The position numbers and the translations under genes are program-made. This document shows, piece after piece, positions 37,682 to 52,000 of a stretch of 64,000 bases of DNA; position 1 is the stretch's first letter; each line of letters begins with the position of its first letter. Under the pieces are notes generated by a model. It had not been told where the DNA came from, ran no database searches, and saw only the letters and a list, made by a program, of their open reading frames with translations. Location: NCBI RefSeq assembly GCF_018350175.1, contig NC_058379.1, forward strand, positions 29,884,001 through 29,948,000, written 5' to 3'. This DNA is from Felis catus. Taxonomy: Eukaryota.

Positions 37682-40600
37682 AAGACCCCCTTGCTCTTGT
37701 TCAGTCTCTCGAGGCAAGATCATCTTAGATGGAAGATTTTTTGTTTCTTTAAACATGTAATTTAAGTGAATTTGCTTTTGAAAGCTGAGGGGCTATAGGG
37801 AACAGCATTGTCACCTGGACCAAGCCTTTGGAGGGAGTGAGGAACAATCCTGCCTTTGAGCCACAGGCAGTGACAAGGGCTGTGTGTGTACAGAGGGGGG
37901 TCTGTTGTGTCCATGAGCTCCTTCCCTGAGATGGCTGTCAGTGGTCCAGCCAATGTGGTACCTCTGTGGTGTCACCGTGAACACCTGGCAGGCAGGGGCA
38001 GGAAACTCCTGGTTCCCAGCCCAGGCTTAAAGCCGAGGACAAGTCCCATGTGCCCTCTGATTGTGGCAAATGCAGAACAACCCAGGCCCCAAGGCTATGG
38101 AGTGCAGTCAGCTGGCACTTTCCACATAGATCTGCATCCTCCCTTCCTCTCCCATCACAGAATGGTTGGCCTCTTGTCCTCTGGGGCAGCCCACCCTTGC
38201 TTGCCATCTTGCTAATCAAGATACCTGAGGACTGCTTTGCATCTTAGTCTAGGTCCTGGGGTAGGGGCGGGTACTGTTCCCTTCAGCCCTAGGCAGCAAG
38301 GATTTACTTCCAGAAGTACAGGAGTGATGGTTGGGGTCACATTTTGAAAGAGGAAGTATTCAGCTCAAAGGGAAGCTGGAAGGGTGTTGCCCATCTTGGT
38401 TGGGAGTGAGATGCTCCTCTTCCACAAAAATCTCTTGAGTGTCTTCCTCCAGCTCCCTCAATGAAAGGGCGTGGAACCCCACATCTGTGTCTGTCCTGGG
38501 GGTGGGGATGGTGGTATGGCTCCAGCTAAAGCCAGAAGGTCTCATCTGCCTCCCTTATGAGCTGGGGCCTCCCTCATGGATCTGAGCAACTACTGCTCCC
38601 ACCCTGGCCCTGGCCTTTGTCACGACCCCTCAGCTCCTGTGTGACCCCCGTCCCTGAGTTCCCAGCACAGAATATCTCTTCTGCTTCTGGGTGTGCTCAG
38701 ATCTGCTCTTAGAGTCTAGCTCTCAGATCCCACACCATACATGGTCAGGAGAGGGTAAGGGCACAGGTCTCCACGAGCATCTAGTCCACCTCCCTCATTT
38801 CACAGAAGAGGACAGACCCTAGCTTCCTTGGGTGTGCCAGTGCTGGGCCAGCCATGTCCCAGGAGTCAGCCACACATTCACTCCCAGTTAGGGCTTACCT
38901 TGTGGCTTCACATGACAATGGGGGTCTCCCAAGACCAGAGAGGGAGACAAGATAGGCTGGGCTCCTGCTGTGTCTAGGGAGGCTGGAGGCCCCACAGGAG
39001 AACAGAGTACGGCCTGCACCGCCCGGCCCCCTTCCCCCCGCCCCCCCAACAAGAAACCTGGAAGTCTCAGGCTCTGAGGCCAGCTGGGGGATCAAGGTGG
39101 TGGCTCCTCGGGAAAGGGGAGTGTCTGTGAGTCAGGGACCCACTTCCAAGTCCCCTGGAACGTGTAATGCCCTGTACACCAAGGAGGCCTGCTGCTGTAT
39201 CTCATTCAAGCCGCATCCTGTCTCCCCCCCCACCCCCCCCACCCCCGCCCAAATGCTGCTGTGGTCAGCCCCATTTAGCCCAAAACAAGGGCTCCACTGC
39301 CCATTGAGCAGCCTGTCCCTTCCTCAAACCCTACAAACCCTAGTGGCTGCCCCAGGGAGCCTTGACAAGAGCTGCAGAAACTCATTTCCAAATAATGCCT
39401 CCAAGTGAGGTGTGAAACAGATGGGGGAGGGGACATAGACTTCCACCTACTCTCCATCATCGCTCCAGTGCTACCATGTCATCTGCCAATAAAGACCTGA
39501 CTGTCCTCACAGCTCACCTCACGGGTGCTGTTCCTTCTGCAGGGAATGCTTATCTCCCATCTGCCCACTTTGAGCCCCACACTATGCCCTTCTGGGAAAC
39601 CTTCCATGAGGCTACCCAGTGCAGGACTATGCCAAGGCCTCCCTGCTTTGGTCCAGGCCTTGTGAGCTGGGGTTTCTCTTCCTGTATCCCCCAGCAACCT
39701 GTGAGCATTGAGAGGTGGCTGCACCCAGCTCCGTGGCCTTTGGGCCCAGGGCTGCATGCAGGAGCCTCACAGCTGGTCTATTCTGGAGAGGCCAGTGGCG
39801 CAGGCTTTTCCCCAGGCCTCCCACCTTGTCACCCCTCACATGCAGGGACCCACTGCTCCTTCAGCCTCAGCTGAGACCCCTGCCTCAGGGCCTTCCTCTC
39901 CCTGCCTCCCCTCAATCCTCTGCTGCTTCTGGGAACCCGATCACACAATCACACAGAGGTTGTTACAGTCAAGCGCATTCCCTGCTCCCCTCCAGGCCTC
40001 ATCCCCATCTGTGAAATGAAAGGAGTCACCTGATGTCCCTACATATTCCTTCAACCTTGGAGCATCTCAGTGCATAGACTTGGGCATGATTAATGTGGAT
40101 CACGTTGCCAAGGGAGGGGAAGGACTGAGCAGGTAGCCTATGCCTGTACTTTGGTCTTGATAAAAATTATGAAGCCCCTTCCCTGGGTGGGCAAAGAAAA
40201 GACTAGGGGGTGTGGGCAAGTTCTCCACCCAGAGCCTGGCGGTGCTGGCGGTGAATGAGGGAGGAGGGCCTGAAGCTGGGCACACATCCCCTACAGGAAT
40301 ACAGCTGAAACATTCACTGTGGACCCCGGCCCACACCTGAGGGCCCACCGACCACTGGAGCTCGTGCCACAGGGCTACCCCACTGCTTTAAAGCAGTAGA
40401 TAGAAATAGTGCAATTTTCCGGGGGAGGTCATCTGACCCCCAGAGATGAGGAGGTTTCCAAAGTTTCTGGGCCACTATCTTCCTTGACTCCTTGCCCCAC
40501 TAGGCAACTATGTTGGCCCCCCAAAACTGTTTCTGTGAAGCTTTATCTTGCCAGCCCAGCTCCCCTTCTCAGCTGAGCATTTGCCAAACTGGGTTCCAGC

Positions 40601-43439
40601 CCTCCTGCCTTCCAGTGAGAATTCCAGAACTAGGGTGTAGGGGGAGTTGAGGGAGGCACAATGCAAACCCACCAGCCACTGGCGCAGATTTTTCCTCCTT
40701 ATTAAGTGAGCACATCTCTGCTGTGTTTGAAGCCCACATAAGAGAGACAAAAGTTGTCAGTTTTTTGAAATTGGCTTTGTTCCCTCTCTCCTGGAGCCTC
40801 AGTTCCCATCTGAGAACAGTGGGATCTGGACTCCACATTCCCATAAGTCTGCCCTGGAAACATCCAGACAGGGCTCCAAATCCCCAAGCTACAGGTGAGA
40901 AGTCTCATACCCCTTGTCCCCCCATGACTGCATCCCCCTGCAACATGGTTTCTTGTGTACCTGATTTGATTCTCATTTTAATCGGTGATATATTCACACG
41001 GCTCCAATTCAGAGCATTACAAGGATCCCCAGAGAGAAGGCTCCTTCCCACCACCTCCCTCCACAGGATTATCCTCTCAAATCCCCCCAGAGATAATTTA
41101 TGCGTATACAAGCAAATATGCATAATATCCCTCCGAATGATAGCATATACTATACAAGTTTGGCACTATGCCTTTTTTTCCCCCCCATTTAAAAGTTGAT
41201 CTTACTACTTGAACAATCTCTAGTATTCCCTTGTTAGGACCAGCCACAATTCCATTCAACCAGTTCCTGTCCTGAACGTTTAGGCTGTTTCCAGACTTCC
41301 ATTCTTAGCTCTGCTATATTAAATTCCACACATGTGTAAGTATATCTATCTGTAGGATAGGTATCTGGAAGTAGAATCATTTGGTCAAAGGTTTAATATG
41401 TTTTAATATGGTCTGATGTCCAGCTTAGAGGTGGGGTTTATGGCACTACCCAGCTGGACAAGGGAGGCCCTCCCAATCCAAGTTTTGATTTTTGGCTGTC
41501 TGATGGGGAAAATGCTTTTCTCTCCAGCCAAACGGTTTTAATTTGCCTCTTACTATGAAGTTGAGCATCTTTTCACAGGGTCAATGGCCATTCCCTTTTC
41601 CTTTCCTGGGAACTAAGTCAAGTCCTCAAGCCCATTTTCCCACTGGATGTTTTTCTTGTTTTAAAGCTCTTTATATATATTAGAGAAATTAACCCATTGT
41701 TATGAGTTGCAAATATTTTTCCCAGTTTGTCATCTGGATTTTGACTTTGTAGATAGACTCAGGACACACACTTCTTATCAACCTCGTCGTGGGATTTGCG
41801 TCATTCTTAGGTTTTCCCCACTCCATGATTATCAAACTGTTTCCCCCAGTTTCTTTCAAGATGTCATGTAATTTTGTTTTGACATTTACATTTTTGCTTC
41901 TTCTGGAATCTCCCCTGTGTCAGGTCTGAGGTATGTTTCCATCTATTTTTTAATCCATTTTTTTTAAAGTAGGCTCCATGCCCAGTGTGGGGCTTGAACT
42001 CATGACCCTGACATTGAGAGTTACATGCCCTGAGCCAGCCAGGCACCCCTAATCCATTTTTATTGTGGACACCACCCAGCTGTCTGTCCCATCATCATCT
42101 GTTAAATTATCCAACTGACCCCACTGATAAATGCCAATTTATTCCCAGTGAAATCCCCTTTGTACTTGGATACAAAAACTCTCGATTCTGTCCCCCTGAT
42201 GGGTCTGCTGGATTTCATTTATAACAGACAAGAGCTTGGGGGCACTTGGGGGCAGTCTGCAAACAAAGGGAAAACTTGTCCTGGCCCTACCAGGGCCCTC
42301 CCTCCTCCAGCTGCTCCCTACTGCCCTCAGTTTCCCCCACAGCCTGCCTTCCCACCTGCCAAATGTCCACCTTTCTGGTCTTGCTGTCCTGGCGGGACTT
42401 TGTCCATCGTGTCCACTAGACAGCCTGCAAGAGTGCCAGGACCTCAGATATCAAGAGACCATGTGGACGAAGTGTTCTCACACCACATTGATGCTGTCAG
42501 CAATACACAAAGAAGCTGCAACAAATTCCAAAGTTTTCAACTTGGCTTATGAATGAGGAACTCTTGCTGGTGCTAGGTTTCTCCTCCCTTCTGCCAGCAG
42601 GGGAGGCAATGTCCATCTGCAACTGTAACATGTGATCCTCAAAGATGGTATGAATTTCAAGGAATGCTGGACCAACTTGAAGAAAGGGCGAAAAAAACCC
42701 AATGTGACATCAGGGCCTCCACACAGAATAAAATTGGGTGGAACTCTGTCAGAACCTTCCAGTTTTTCTTTAGGACAACACTTGACTTTTCAGGTGGTGA
42801 GTGTCCTCTTTTGCTCTCTGATAATTCAGAGGATAATATTCTTGTTTATAAAATAAGGCCATTTCCTTTTTGTTCAGAGAGAAATGAAAAGACCCTTTGG
42901 GTTTAATTCCTTTAGACTCTTTTTAAAATTCTGGTGAATACCCAGACTTTAACAGTGGGTCTGGAGGGAAAAGGAACCAGGAGCCAGACCCCTCCCAGTG
43001 ACCGCACAGCTTTGGAGAAGGATGTGAATGAATCCCACAGCCAGAAGGTGGGGCTGATGATGCTCAGGTGACATTGCTCCTGAGCGAGCTGTTTGGGGAG
43101 CCAGACTGAAGAGAAAAAAACAAGACGAAGCAGTGAGATAAGAGGTGGAAGAATCTTCCCCTCGACCTTCTCCATTCAGACTGTAACAGACAACCTCTAG
43201 CCTTCTCCGACAACACACAAACAGGGTGATAATGCTTTATAGCAAAAGGTGAGTGGCTCTGAGCCTTTGAACCCCATCCATCCACAGGGCTCCTCCTCTC
43301 ACAGCAAAGTATGGATGAGGGCTGTGTGCTAGGAAAGGTTCTGGAAAGGAGCCCTGATCCTTGGAAAGGAATGAATCCTTCAGTGATGGGGTGATTCCTT
43401 AGTTGCTGCCAGTCAAAACAAAACACAGCTACAAGGCAG

Positions 43440-45430
43440 AGAAGAGAGTTCAGTCCTTATTACAGTCTCCCTATTGCCATTTCAAAGTGTAGAGAAGGAC
43501 CACCTGTGTGTGGACATTAAGGATGCTGGTACTCATGATTAGATGAAAAGCCAAAGAAGGACATGAAGGGTGTGAATTTATACAAGTTTAACATTTGAGC
43601 CCATGGGGAGTCGCTGTAATAGTGTATTTACCAAATCTCAAGACAAGGAATATTTAGAATGCACGCACTGAGTATGGATGCAGAAACAGACATTTTTCAG
43701 AATAAGATATGACTTTACATCCATATAGGATATGACTTCATACATACAAAGAAGAGAAGATGGTTTGGGGGCAGGGTAAAGGAAACATGCAACCAATTAG
43801 CAGATAAGTTGCCCTGTATGTAGGAATAGATCCAAGATGTGCAGAATTCTAGAAAAGTAACACATGGGGCCAGGGGAGGCACTAAAGAACTAAATAAATG
43901 GACAGACCATTTATTGTAATGATGCAACTTCTCCCCAGTCCGGGTTATGATTCAACACCATCCCAATAGAAATTCCAACATTTTAATGGAATTTGAGAAC
44001 CCAATTCTACCATTCACATGAGAATCCAAAGGACCAACAGAAGCCAAAACATTTTCTTAAAGAAAACAGGGTGGGAGGGCTTGCTTTCCCCATGTCGGGA
44101 TTTGTTATTAAGTTCCATAATCAAGGCAAAATGAAAGCAGCATGGGGTAGACGACAGAAGGATGGAAAGAAGAGAAATCCCAGAAACAGCTCTCCACACA
44201 CATATGGACATGGTATGTGATCCAGGCAGCATTGAAATCTATGTGAAAGGGAGCACTGTTCAGTTACAGGTGCTGGGCCATAATGACTACCATACCACAT
44301 GGGCAGAAATATCAAACTGGGCCCCCATTTCACATCCACACAAAAATCAGTTCTCCATAAAGCTCTTAAAAGAGAATATCATCTTAATGTTTTTTTTTAA
44401 TGTTTATGTATTTGAGAGAGAGAGAGAGAGAGAGAGAGATCATGAACAGGGAAGGGGCAGAGAGAGAAACACAGAATCCAAAGCAGGCTCCAGGCTCTGA
44501 GCTGTCAGCACAGAGCCCAACACAGGGCTCGAACCCACAAACTGTGAGATCATGACCTGAGCAAAAGTTAGATACTTAACTGGCTGAGCCACTCAGGTGC
44601 CCTTCATCTTAATTATTTCTTAAATGAGATGCACAAAGCACATATGACTAAGGAAAATATGGACACATTTGACCTTATATTAGTAAAACACCATAGACAG
44701 AATGGAAACCCACACCAGCTTTTGCAACTCATATGCTTGACAAAGGGCTCGTATCCAGAACATATTTTTTAAACCCCTACAATAGACAACCCAATAAAAA
44801 TTACCATAGGACTTTAGAAGTCACTTCACAAAGCAGACTCAAATGCAAAAGGTGCTCAACCTTAGTAGAAAACAGGGACATGCGATTAAAGCCACCCCAA
44901 GATACCACGAACCACCCATCACGTTGGCTATAATTAACACAACCACAATCCCGCTCCTAGGTATCTATACTCTAAAGAAACTTCTATCTGGAAAACAACC
45001 TGGATGTCCACCAAGAATAGAATGGATAAATAAATTGTGGTATATTTATGGTGCAGATTACTATGCAGCAGTGAAATGAAAAAGCTGTAGATACTCCATT
45101 GATGAATCTCACCAGCATAGAATGTTGAGCACAAGGTGCAATACACAGATGATAAATATTCATTTATTTAAAGTTCAAAAACAGAGAATGCCGAACTGAA
45201 TTGTTAGAGGTCTGTGCCTAGCTGGTAAAACTGATGGAGGTCGGGAGACTGTTCCCCTCACACTCTGGACAGTGGGCTCCCTGGTGATGGGGGAGGGCAG
45301 AGACTGGGGTAGGTTCATGGGAAGTGATGGGGTCCTGCAGTGGTATTTTTTTGCTCCCTGTTCTCACAAGTGTCTGTGTTATATTTGTTAAACTGTTATG
45401 CATTTTTCTGTATGTATGTTGTACTTCAAT
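43440..45430 (+). mobile_element. Ancient L1 (L1ME-like) ORF2/3' remnant with an inserted SINE (44390-44602, -)
   Basis: Degenerate ORF2 phrases (tgatcaaggc..., aaagggctcgtatccagaacata, ccacaatcccgctcctaggtatctatactc, gaatggataaataaattgtggtatatt). Confidence 0.7.
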
Positions 45431-48204
45431 GATTGCATGTACACAGCAGAACAAAGGGAAGACCATACAGTGGTGCTGCCCAACAACCGTAACACTCTGG
45501 GACCTTGCCCCCACCAAGGGCCTTGCTGAGGGCTGTCCCCACTTCGCTGCCCTCTCCCCGCCCCACCCCCAGCCTCCCTGAATGTCTTACTACTGGTGTT
45601 CCTGCTAGGGTTGGGAGGCCCTTCCCCTCTCATCTCCTCACATTTACCTGTGAGGTTTATACTCTTGTAGAAACCCTCCAGGACCCCCCTCTGCATCCCT
45701 GAACTGCTTGGCTTGACCCTCCTGGGTCTGCTCTGCAGTGTGTTGCTGCCTGCCCTCCGGCACATACCACAACCCCCACAACCATGGCAGATGCCTTGAA
45801 ATCGGACTTGGAAGAAAGTGTTGTTCCGTTTAAGTCCCCTCAAACCTGACATCTTATTCACTGGCTTTGAGCTTTGAGTCCACACCAGTGAAGGCTTTGA
45901 GGTTGCCTGGTATGTTTGTGGGGGCTTCATGAGGACCACACTGGCTTCTGGCCTTGGTTGTTCTCCACAGTGTTTTGGTGCTGTAAGCAGTCCAGGGAGT
46001 GGCTTTTAACTCCTGGTGAGAGTCTCTGCTGCACAAGCAGTATCTGTCAGGGTTTGGCCTCAGCAGCCCAGGGCAGTGCTTTGTGGGGGGGTGGGGTGAG
46101 GGAGTCACAGGTTCACAGCTATGCTTTTTAATGAGTGAGGCCTTAGCAAGCCTCAGCTGTTGGGGATTGGTGAGCAGAGATAGGCCTCAAGAGAACCTTG
46201 GCCTATTACGAACAGTGGGGCAGAGGCGGCTCCAGTGGGCTTGCTGAAGGAGGGGGAGGTGGGGGTAGGTCATGTGTAGGCATTTTCAGCTGCAAAGGCA
46301 CAATGGGCTGCAGTACAACTGGGTGGGAATCTTGGGCCACCCAAAGGGAGGCGATAACCGATGAGTTCCTGCTAGACAGGGGCTGTGGAGAGTCGCTCCT
46401 GCACCCTCCAAATACATCTGAGGCTCTCGAGGTTTAGTCCCTTGGAATTAGAGGAGAATGAAGCCCGATGCACCCACAGAAGGGTGGTAGTTTGTTAACG
46501 GACAATAGCATGCAAAGGAATCAGGGCCTTTCAGAGACCATGCCACAATCTTACTTTCAGAACAGAAGCAGTGGAAAATGAGAGAGAGAGACCAGCTGTG
46601 AAGAGGAATGAATGTCTTTAGAGTATGAGGTGTCAGGAGATAGGCAAGCTCCCTGCTGGAAAGGGAGGGCGGAGGTTTGGGGAAGACACAAGACACCCCC
46701 CCACACACACACCCTGCCTGGGAACCAGGTGACCCAGAACACTCTTGAGGGGTTGGCCACACCACGGACAGGACTCTGGAAGATCCAGAAGCCATCCCAT
46801 GAGCCTGGCAGCTCTGAAGAGGCCATAGAGGATCTGAGCAAATTCAAGAACCAAAGACCAGCATCGAATACTGAGATTTGGCATCCATTTTGGGTGGGCA
46901 ACCCCCATTCCCTTAGGGAGAATGTTCTAGAATGTATAGAGTAGGCTCAAGGAAGGCTCTGCCGAACCCTCCCTACCAGAGGAAGGCTGACCCAGGCATC
47001 TGAGGCGACCTGCTGGCAGAGTGGCCACCGGCCAGCATTCCCCAGGTAGAGCCATAGGATTGTTTCAATAGTAGATTCTTGTGACAAACTTGAGATTGAC
47101 TTGTTTTTCTTTCTATTGCCATGGGAGACCCCAAGAGACAAAATCTAGAGGAATGTGTCAGAAAAGTAAAATTTTGGGTCAGAGAGCAAAAAGCAAAAGG
47201 AGGGAAGGTACTGGAAGCCAACAAAAACAGGTAGCCCTCTGTGTGAAGAAAAGGGATTTTAAACCAGTGTCAGGAGCCAACACAGCACAATTGCTAGGGG
47301 TTCAGCTGAGCCATCCTGGAGTCACCGGCCAGAAACAGTGTGAGGAAGCAACACAGTGGAAACAGATGTTGGCCCACTGGACACTGTGTGGCAGAAAAAA
47401 ATGCTGCTCAAGGCCAGGAGCATCCCAAATGGAGGACAGCTTGTGTCCTGAGAACCAATGGGACAGAGTGGCTGCTCCCTGGCCCTCAGTTCTGGAACCT
47501 GCTCCAGGCAGGACCTGCTGACATGGGCTGGGAGCTGAACACTGGGCAGAGCCCGGACTTGGACACCATATCACTAGGCAGAGCCCAGCACTGGGCCCAC
47601 AGAGGAAAATGGAAATGACAAGGTTTCAAGCATTCTGGAAGAAAGAAGATATAAATAAGACCCAGTGGAGTGGCACAGATGGCTCAGAGAGAAGGAGAGT
47701 GGAAGTTGTTCCCTGCCCCACCCAACATGGTTGACTGGGCTAAAGCTAACTCTCCATGGGTCAAACTCCCAGGGCATGGCATCTGGGCTATCACTCTATT
47801 TCCTATCCACTTTCCATTATCTGCCAGGGCATTTTTACCAGGATCTTGAGGTAGTGGGAAGAGGTGCCTACACAGGGCTGAGCACTGGATTCTGGGGGCA
47901 GCCAGTGGCCTGCAGACTGCCCTAGGGATTTCCCTGTGGCAGGCAGGGCTATGAGGATGTCACCTCCTGCTTCATCCTGGTTAACTCAGGAGTTTTAAAA
48001 AGCAAAGCACATGAGAGGCTAATTAAAATGCTGAGATGTGGAGAAGGACCCTACTTCTGGAGCCACCCAGCCCTCCTTTGCCTGCTGGGTGGGTGAGTGG
48101 ATGGACAAGGAGCCTTGACCAATTAACACCACTGGGCTTTGACAGACAGCTAGGCTCACGGTGAATGCTTCAGGCTTTAATCCTTTTACCTTATTAAGAC
48201 TTTC

Positions 48205-49007
48205 AGTTTTTCTTTCTTTCTTTCTTTCTTTCTTCTTTCTTTCTTTAAATTATTTAAAAATTTTTTAATATTTATTTTTGAGAGAGAGAGCAGTGTAAGC
48301 AGTGTAAGTTTTGAGAGAGTGTAAGCAGGAGAGGGGCAGAGAGAGAGACAGAAAGGGAGAGGAAGACACAGAATCTGAAGCAGGCTCCAGGCTCTGAGTT
48401 GTCAGCACAAAGCCCGAGGTGGAGCTTGAACCCACGAACCATTAGATCACGACCTGAGTCAAAGTCTGCTGCTTAACTGACTGAGCCACCCAGGTGCCCT
48501 TTAATTTTTTTAAATGTTTATTTTTGAGAAAGAGAGAGACAGAGCATGAGTGGGGGAGGGGAAGAGAGAGCCAGAGACACAATCCAAAGCAGGCTCCAGG
48601 CTCTGAGCTGTCAGCACGGAGACCGACTGGGGGCTCAAACTCATGAACAGCGAGATCATGACCTGAGTCAAAGTCGGACGCTTAACTGACTGAGCCACCC
48701 AGGTGCCCCCAGTTTTTATTTCTTTGAACTTGAACTGAAAAGGTCAAGGGAATTTAGTGTTTTTATTTGAATGAATTTCACCCTAGGAAATTCATAATGA
48801 GAGAGGGCAGCTTTCTTTTTTTTTAATGTTTATTTCTGAGAGAGAGAGGATGAGCAGGGGAGGGGCAGAGAGAGGGAGACACAGAATCTGAAGCAGGCTC
48901 CAGGCTGTCAGCACAGATCCTGTCATGGGGTTCGAACTTGTGAACCGTGAGATCATGACCTGAGCTGAAGTTGGACGCTTAACTGACTGAGCCACCCAGG
49001 CGCCCCC
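48205..49007 (-). mobile_element. Three tandem antisense Can-SINEs
   Basis: Heads gccacccaggtgccc at about 48498, 48710 and 49007. Confidence 0.88.
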
Positions 49008-52000
49008 GAGAGAGGGCATTTCTATGTTGACCTGTCTTTGTCATTTTATCTTCTTGCAGAATCTCTGAGCCAAATTTGGACTTTGACATTGGACCTAATT
49101 TAGGATGGGAAAGAGTAGGGAGAGAATTCTTAGTTTGGGGTCCAATGTGCCCTTGGGAGTTCAATAACACTGGTTTCTCACTCATCCCAAGGCCTAGGAT
49201 GGTGAATCTAAACCCCCAAACTGAGAGTTGGCTGAATGGGTCATGGCCTCCCCCTCCCTGGGGGACCTTTCCACTCCCTGCCCAGCCTCACCCTCCACTC
49301 TGCTCAGCAAGTAGCAGCAATATCACAGACCCATGAGTTTAGGAAAAGAAAGTGGACAAGTTCTTTGGGTCCTCTCTTGGGTTCTGGCCTGCCTTGCCAT
49401 GTGGGTGCCTGGCAATGCCCACTCTATGATTGGGGATGAAGCAGAGCAAACTGCCAGCTTTTGAAGGTTCCTCTCCATCACCCCAGAACCCCAATAGGCT
49501 GCTAAGCAGCGGCTCCCCCACTTGACTGGATGCATCCCCACACTCCCTGTCTGGCTTCCTCCTCATCCTCAATGCTGCAGTCAGCATCTGCTTTGCTCCC
49601 CCAACCTCTATCAGCCCAATCCCCAGAACCCAATACCCATTTTCTTGGCTGGAAATGAATCCCAAACTATCATTTCAGGTAAGCTTTTTTGTTTTTTTAA
49701 AGGGCTCACTCTGAACACACTGGAAGAGGCAGAATATGTTCAGATAATGGAGGCAGTGGGGACGTGGAAGGGGGACAAGAAGAGCTAGCCCCAGGTATCA
49801 TCCGGAGGAAAATCAACCATGGAAATGCTGCACGGGCCTAGGCTGCTTTGGAACCACCCTGCAGCTGGGTCCTTGGGCGGTGGCAACACCTGAATCTGTG
49901 GGCCTGGGCTTGGAGCCTGAAGTGAAGCTCCAGCTTTGCAGTCCTCTGCTGAATTGGTCCCCTTGGCTCCTTGATGCCTGGCCCAGCCCTGCCTAGGCCC
50001 TCCCTGTCACTGCCTCTGCTGACGACGGTTCTCCTGCATGCACTTTTTGGGCAGAGGGTTTGTTATCCTGGTCCCCTCCCTCCCCTGGTCCCTTTCCCTG
50101 CAGCCCCTTGGAGAAGCAATTTGGGCTACCCCCAGCAGCTGGGGTCTGGCTAGAGAAAAACAGCAACTCCTCAGTTTTCCAGGCTTCAACAATGGGTCTT
50201 GGCCAGTCGGGGCTCAGGCCCTGGAGCACCCACATACTAAGCTCAGAGTTTCTGACTCCTCAGCCAGTGCTCTCTCTGGTGGCACCCACCTGCACCAGAG
50301 TGTGGAAAATTGTCAAGCAGGGCCACTCTGCCTAAGGCAGGGTCAGCTTTGAGTAAAGGCTAGGGCAATTTTCCCAAAGAGGCAAGGCCCAGGCCTGGGT
50401 CCAGAGCCTCTGAGTCTACTTTCCACCTTTGGCCCAAAGGATTACGAGAGGATCCTATGTGAGTACCCTTTCCCAATCTCCCAAGCAATTTCCCCAGACA
50501 TTACCTCGTGTTATCCTCACAACAACCCTGTGAGGTAGGTATTAGCAGCGTTACTTTAAAGGGGAAACGGGGGCCCAGAGAGGTCAAGAGGGAGGCTTCC
50601 CTCAGTGTCACACAGCAAGTTAGTGGGCAATATGGGCCTCCAGCACAGCAACAGCAGGGAGAGCCCTCCCTCCCCTCGGCAGCTCTGCACCCTCCTCCCA
50701 CGGCCCTCCCTTGCAAGCCACCGAAAGCCTTTCCCCATCCCCCCCCCTTTTTTTTCCAATTCCTCTTCTATGCTTTTTTTCTCTTGTTTCTCCTCCCCTG
50801 CTGGTATTTTTCATACTTGTGGATGTCTTATGCATGGGTTTTATATGGTTCTATTCAACAGTCCTGTTTTAGGACAGGCAGGGAAGACAGGAGCTGGCAT
50901 GGGGTTCTGAAAGGACTGTCTAGGACCCTGATTGGCTTTTCTGGCCCCCACCCTTTTCCCTTTCAGGAAGAGCACCTGTAGTTCAAAGGTCAGCTTGACC
51001 ATTTCCTCATGCCCAAGACAGGGCAGAATGGGCTCAGCAGGGAGAACCCTGCTCAGAGCAAAGAACCCTCTTCCTGTCCAGAGGAGGATACTTTGGAGGG
51101 GGGGGGGGGGGTTGGGGGGGGGAGGTGGTCAAATCCCAGGAGCCTCCCTGGTGTGTATGTGAGGCCCTTGTGGGAGAGGGGTAGCTTGTATGTCAACAAA
51201 ATTAGTCAAAGTTGAGAGTAAACCAGGATTGTTCAGAGTCTTTTGCTAGCTTCCCGTGGGCTAACCTTGAGCCATGCTGCAGTTATTTAGGGCAGAGGTA
51301 GTCAACAGTCCGGACCTCTGTTTGTGCTGGGAGGGGCCCTAGCAGTACTTCCACAGTTGTGTGTTGGGAAATTTGCAGAAGTTATTTTTACAAGTTGGTT
51401 GAGGAGCACTCAGTGTTTCCACTGCAAATTCTGTCACACATATCCTGTGGATATTTTGGATGTGGCTAAGGGGGAAGGTAAAATTGGGGGGAGTCCCTAA
51501 TGTATGGGGTGAGTGGGATTATTTATGTGCTTTGAAGTCACTTGTGGGTCTACTTAATTACAGCTATTTTAATGCATAAATGGCTTCCAGAGGCACTTAA
51601 CTGCCAAAAGAAAGATGGAATTATCTTTCTATTCACTCTGTAGGAAATATTAGAAAATCATTGTCGCATAAAAAGGTAATCTGCCGTCAAAAAGTATGGG
51701 AGTAAGGAATATTTTAAAGGTGAAGGAGTGTCTAGCAGTTAATAAAAATGTCAGGGTATTTTTCTTGACTTTGTGGTGTTTGTGGCATTTGTTTTTAAAA
51801 TTTGTAATTTCTTTTCTCGATCTAAATAATTGTTTTATATAAAAAAGAATTGCTTATCATTTTGAGTGTGTTGCCAATCGGTTTTCTGTTCAGCCTCCTT
51901 TTCCAACCACCTCTTCACTTACGACTCACTGTCCCCCAGTACTTATTCGTTACTCTTTTATCAGCAAGTAATGGGGCCCCAAACTTTCTCCATGGCTCTG

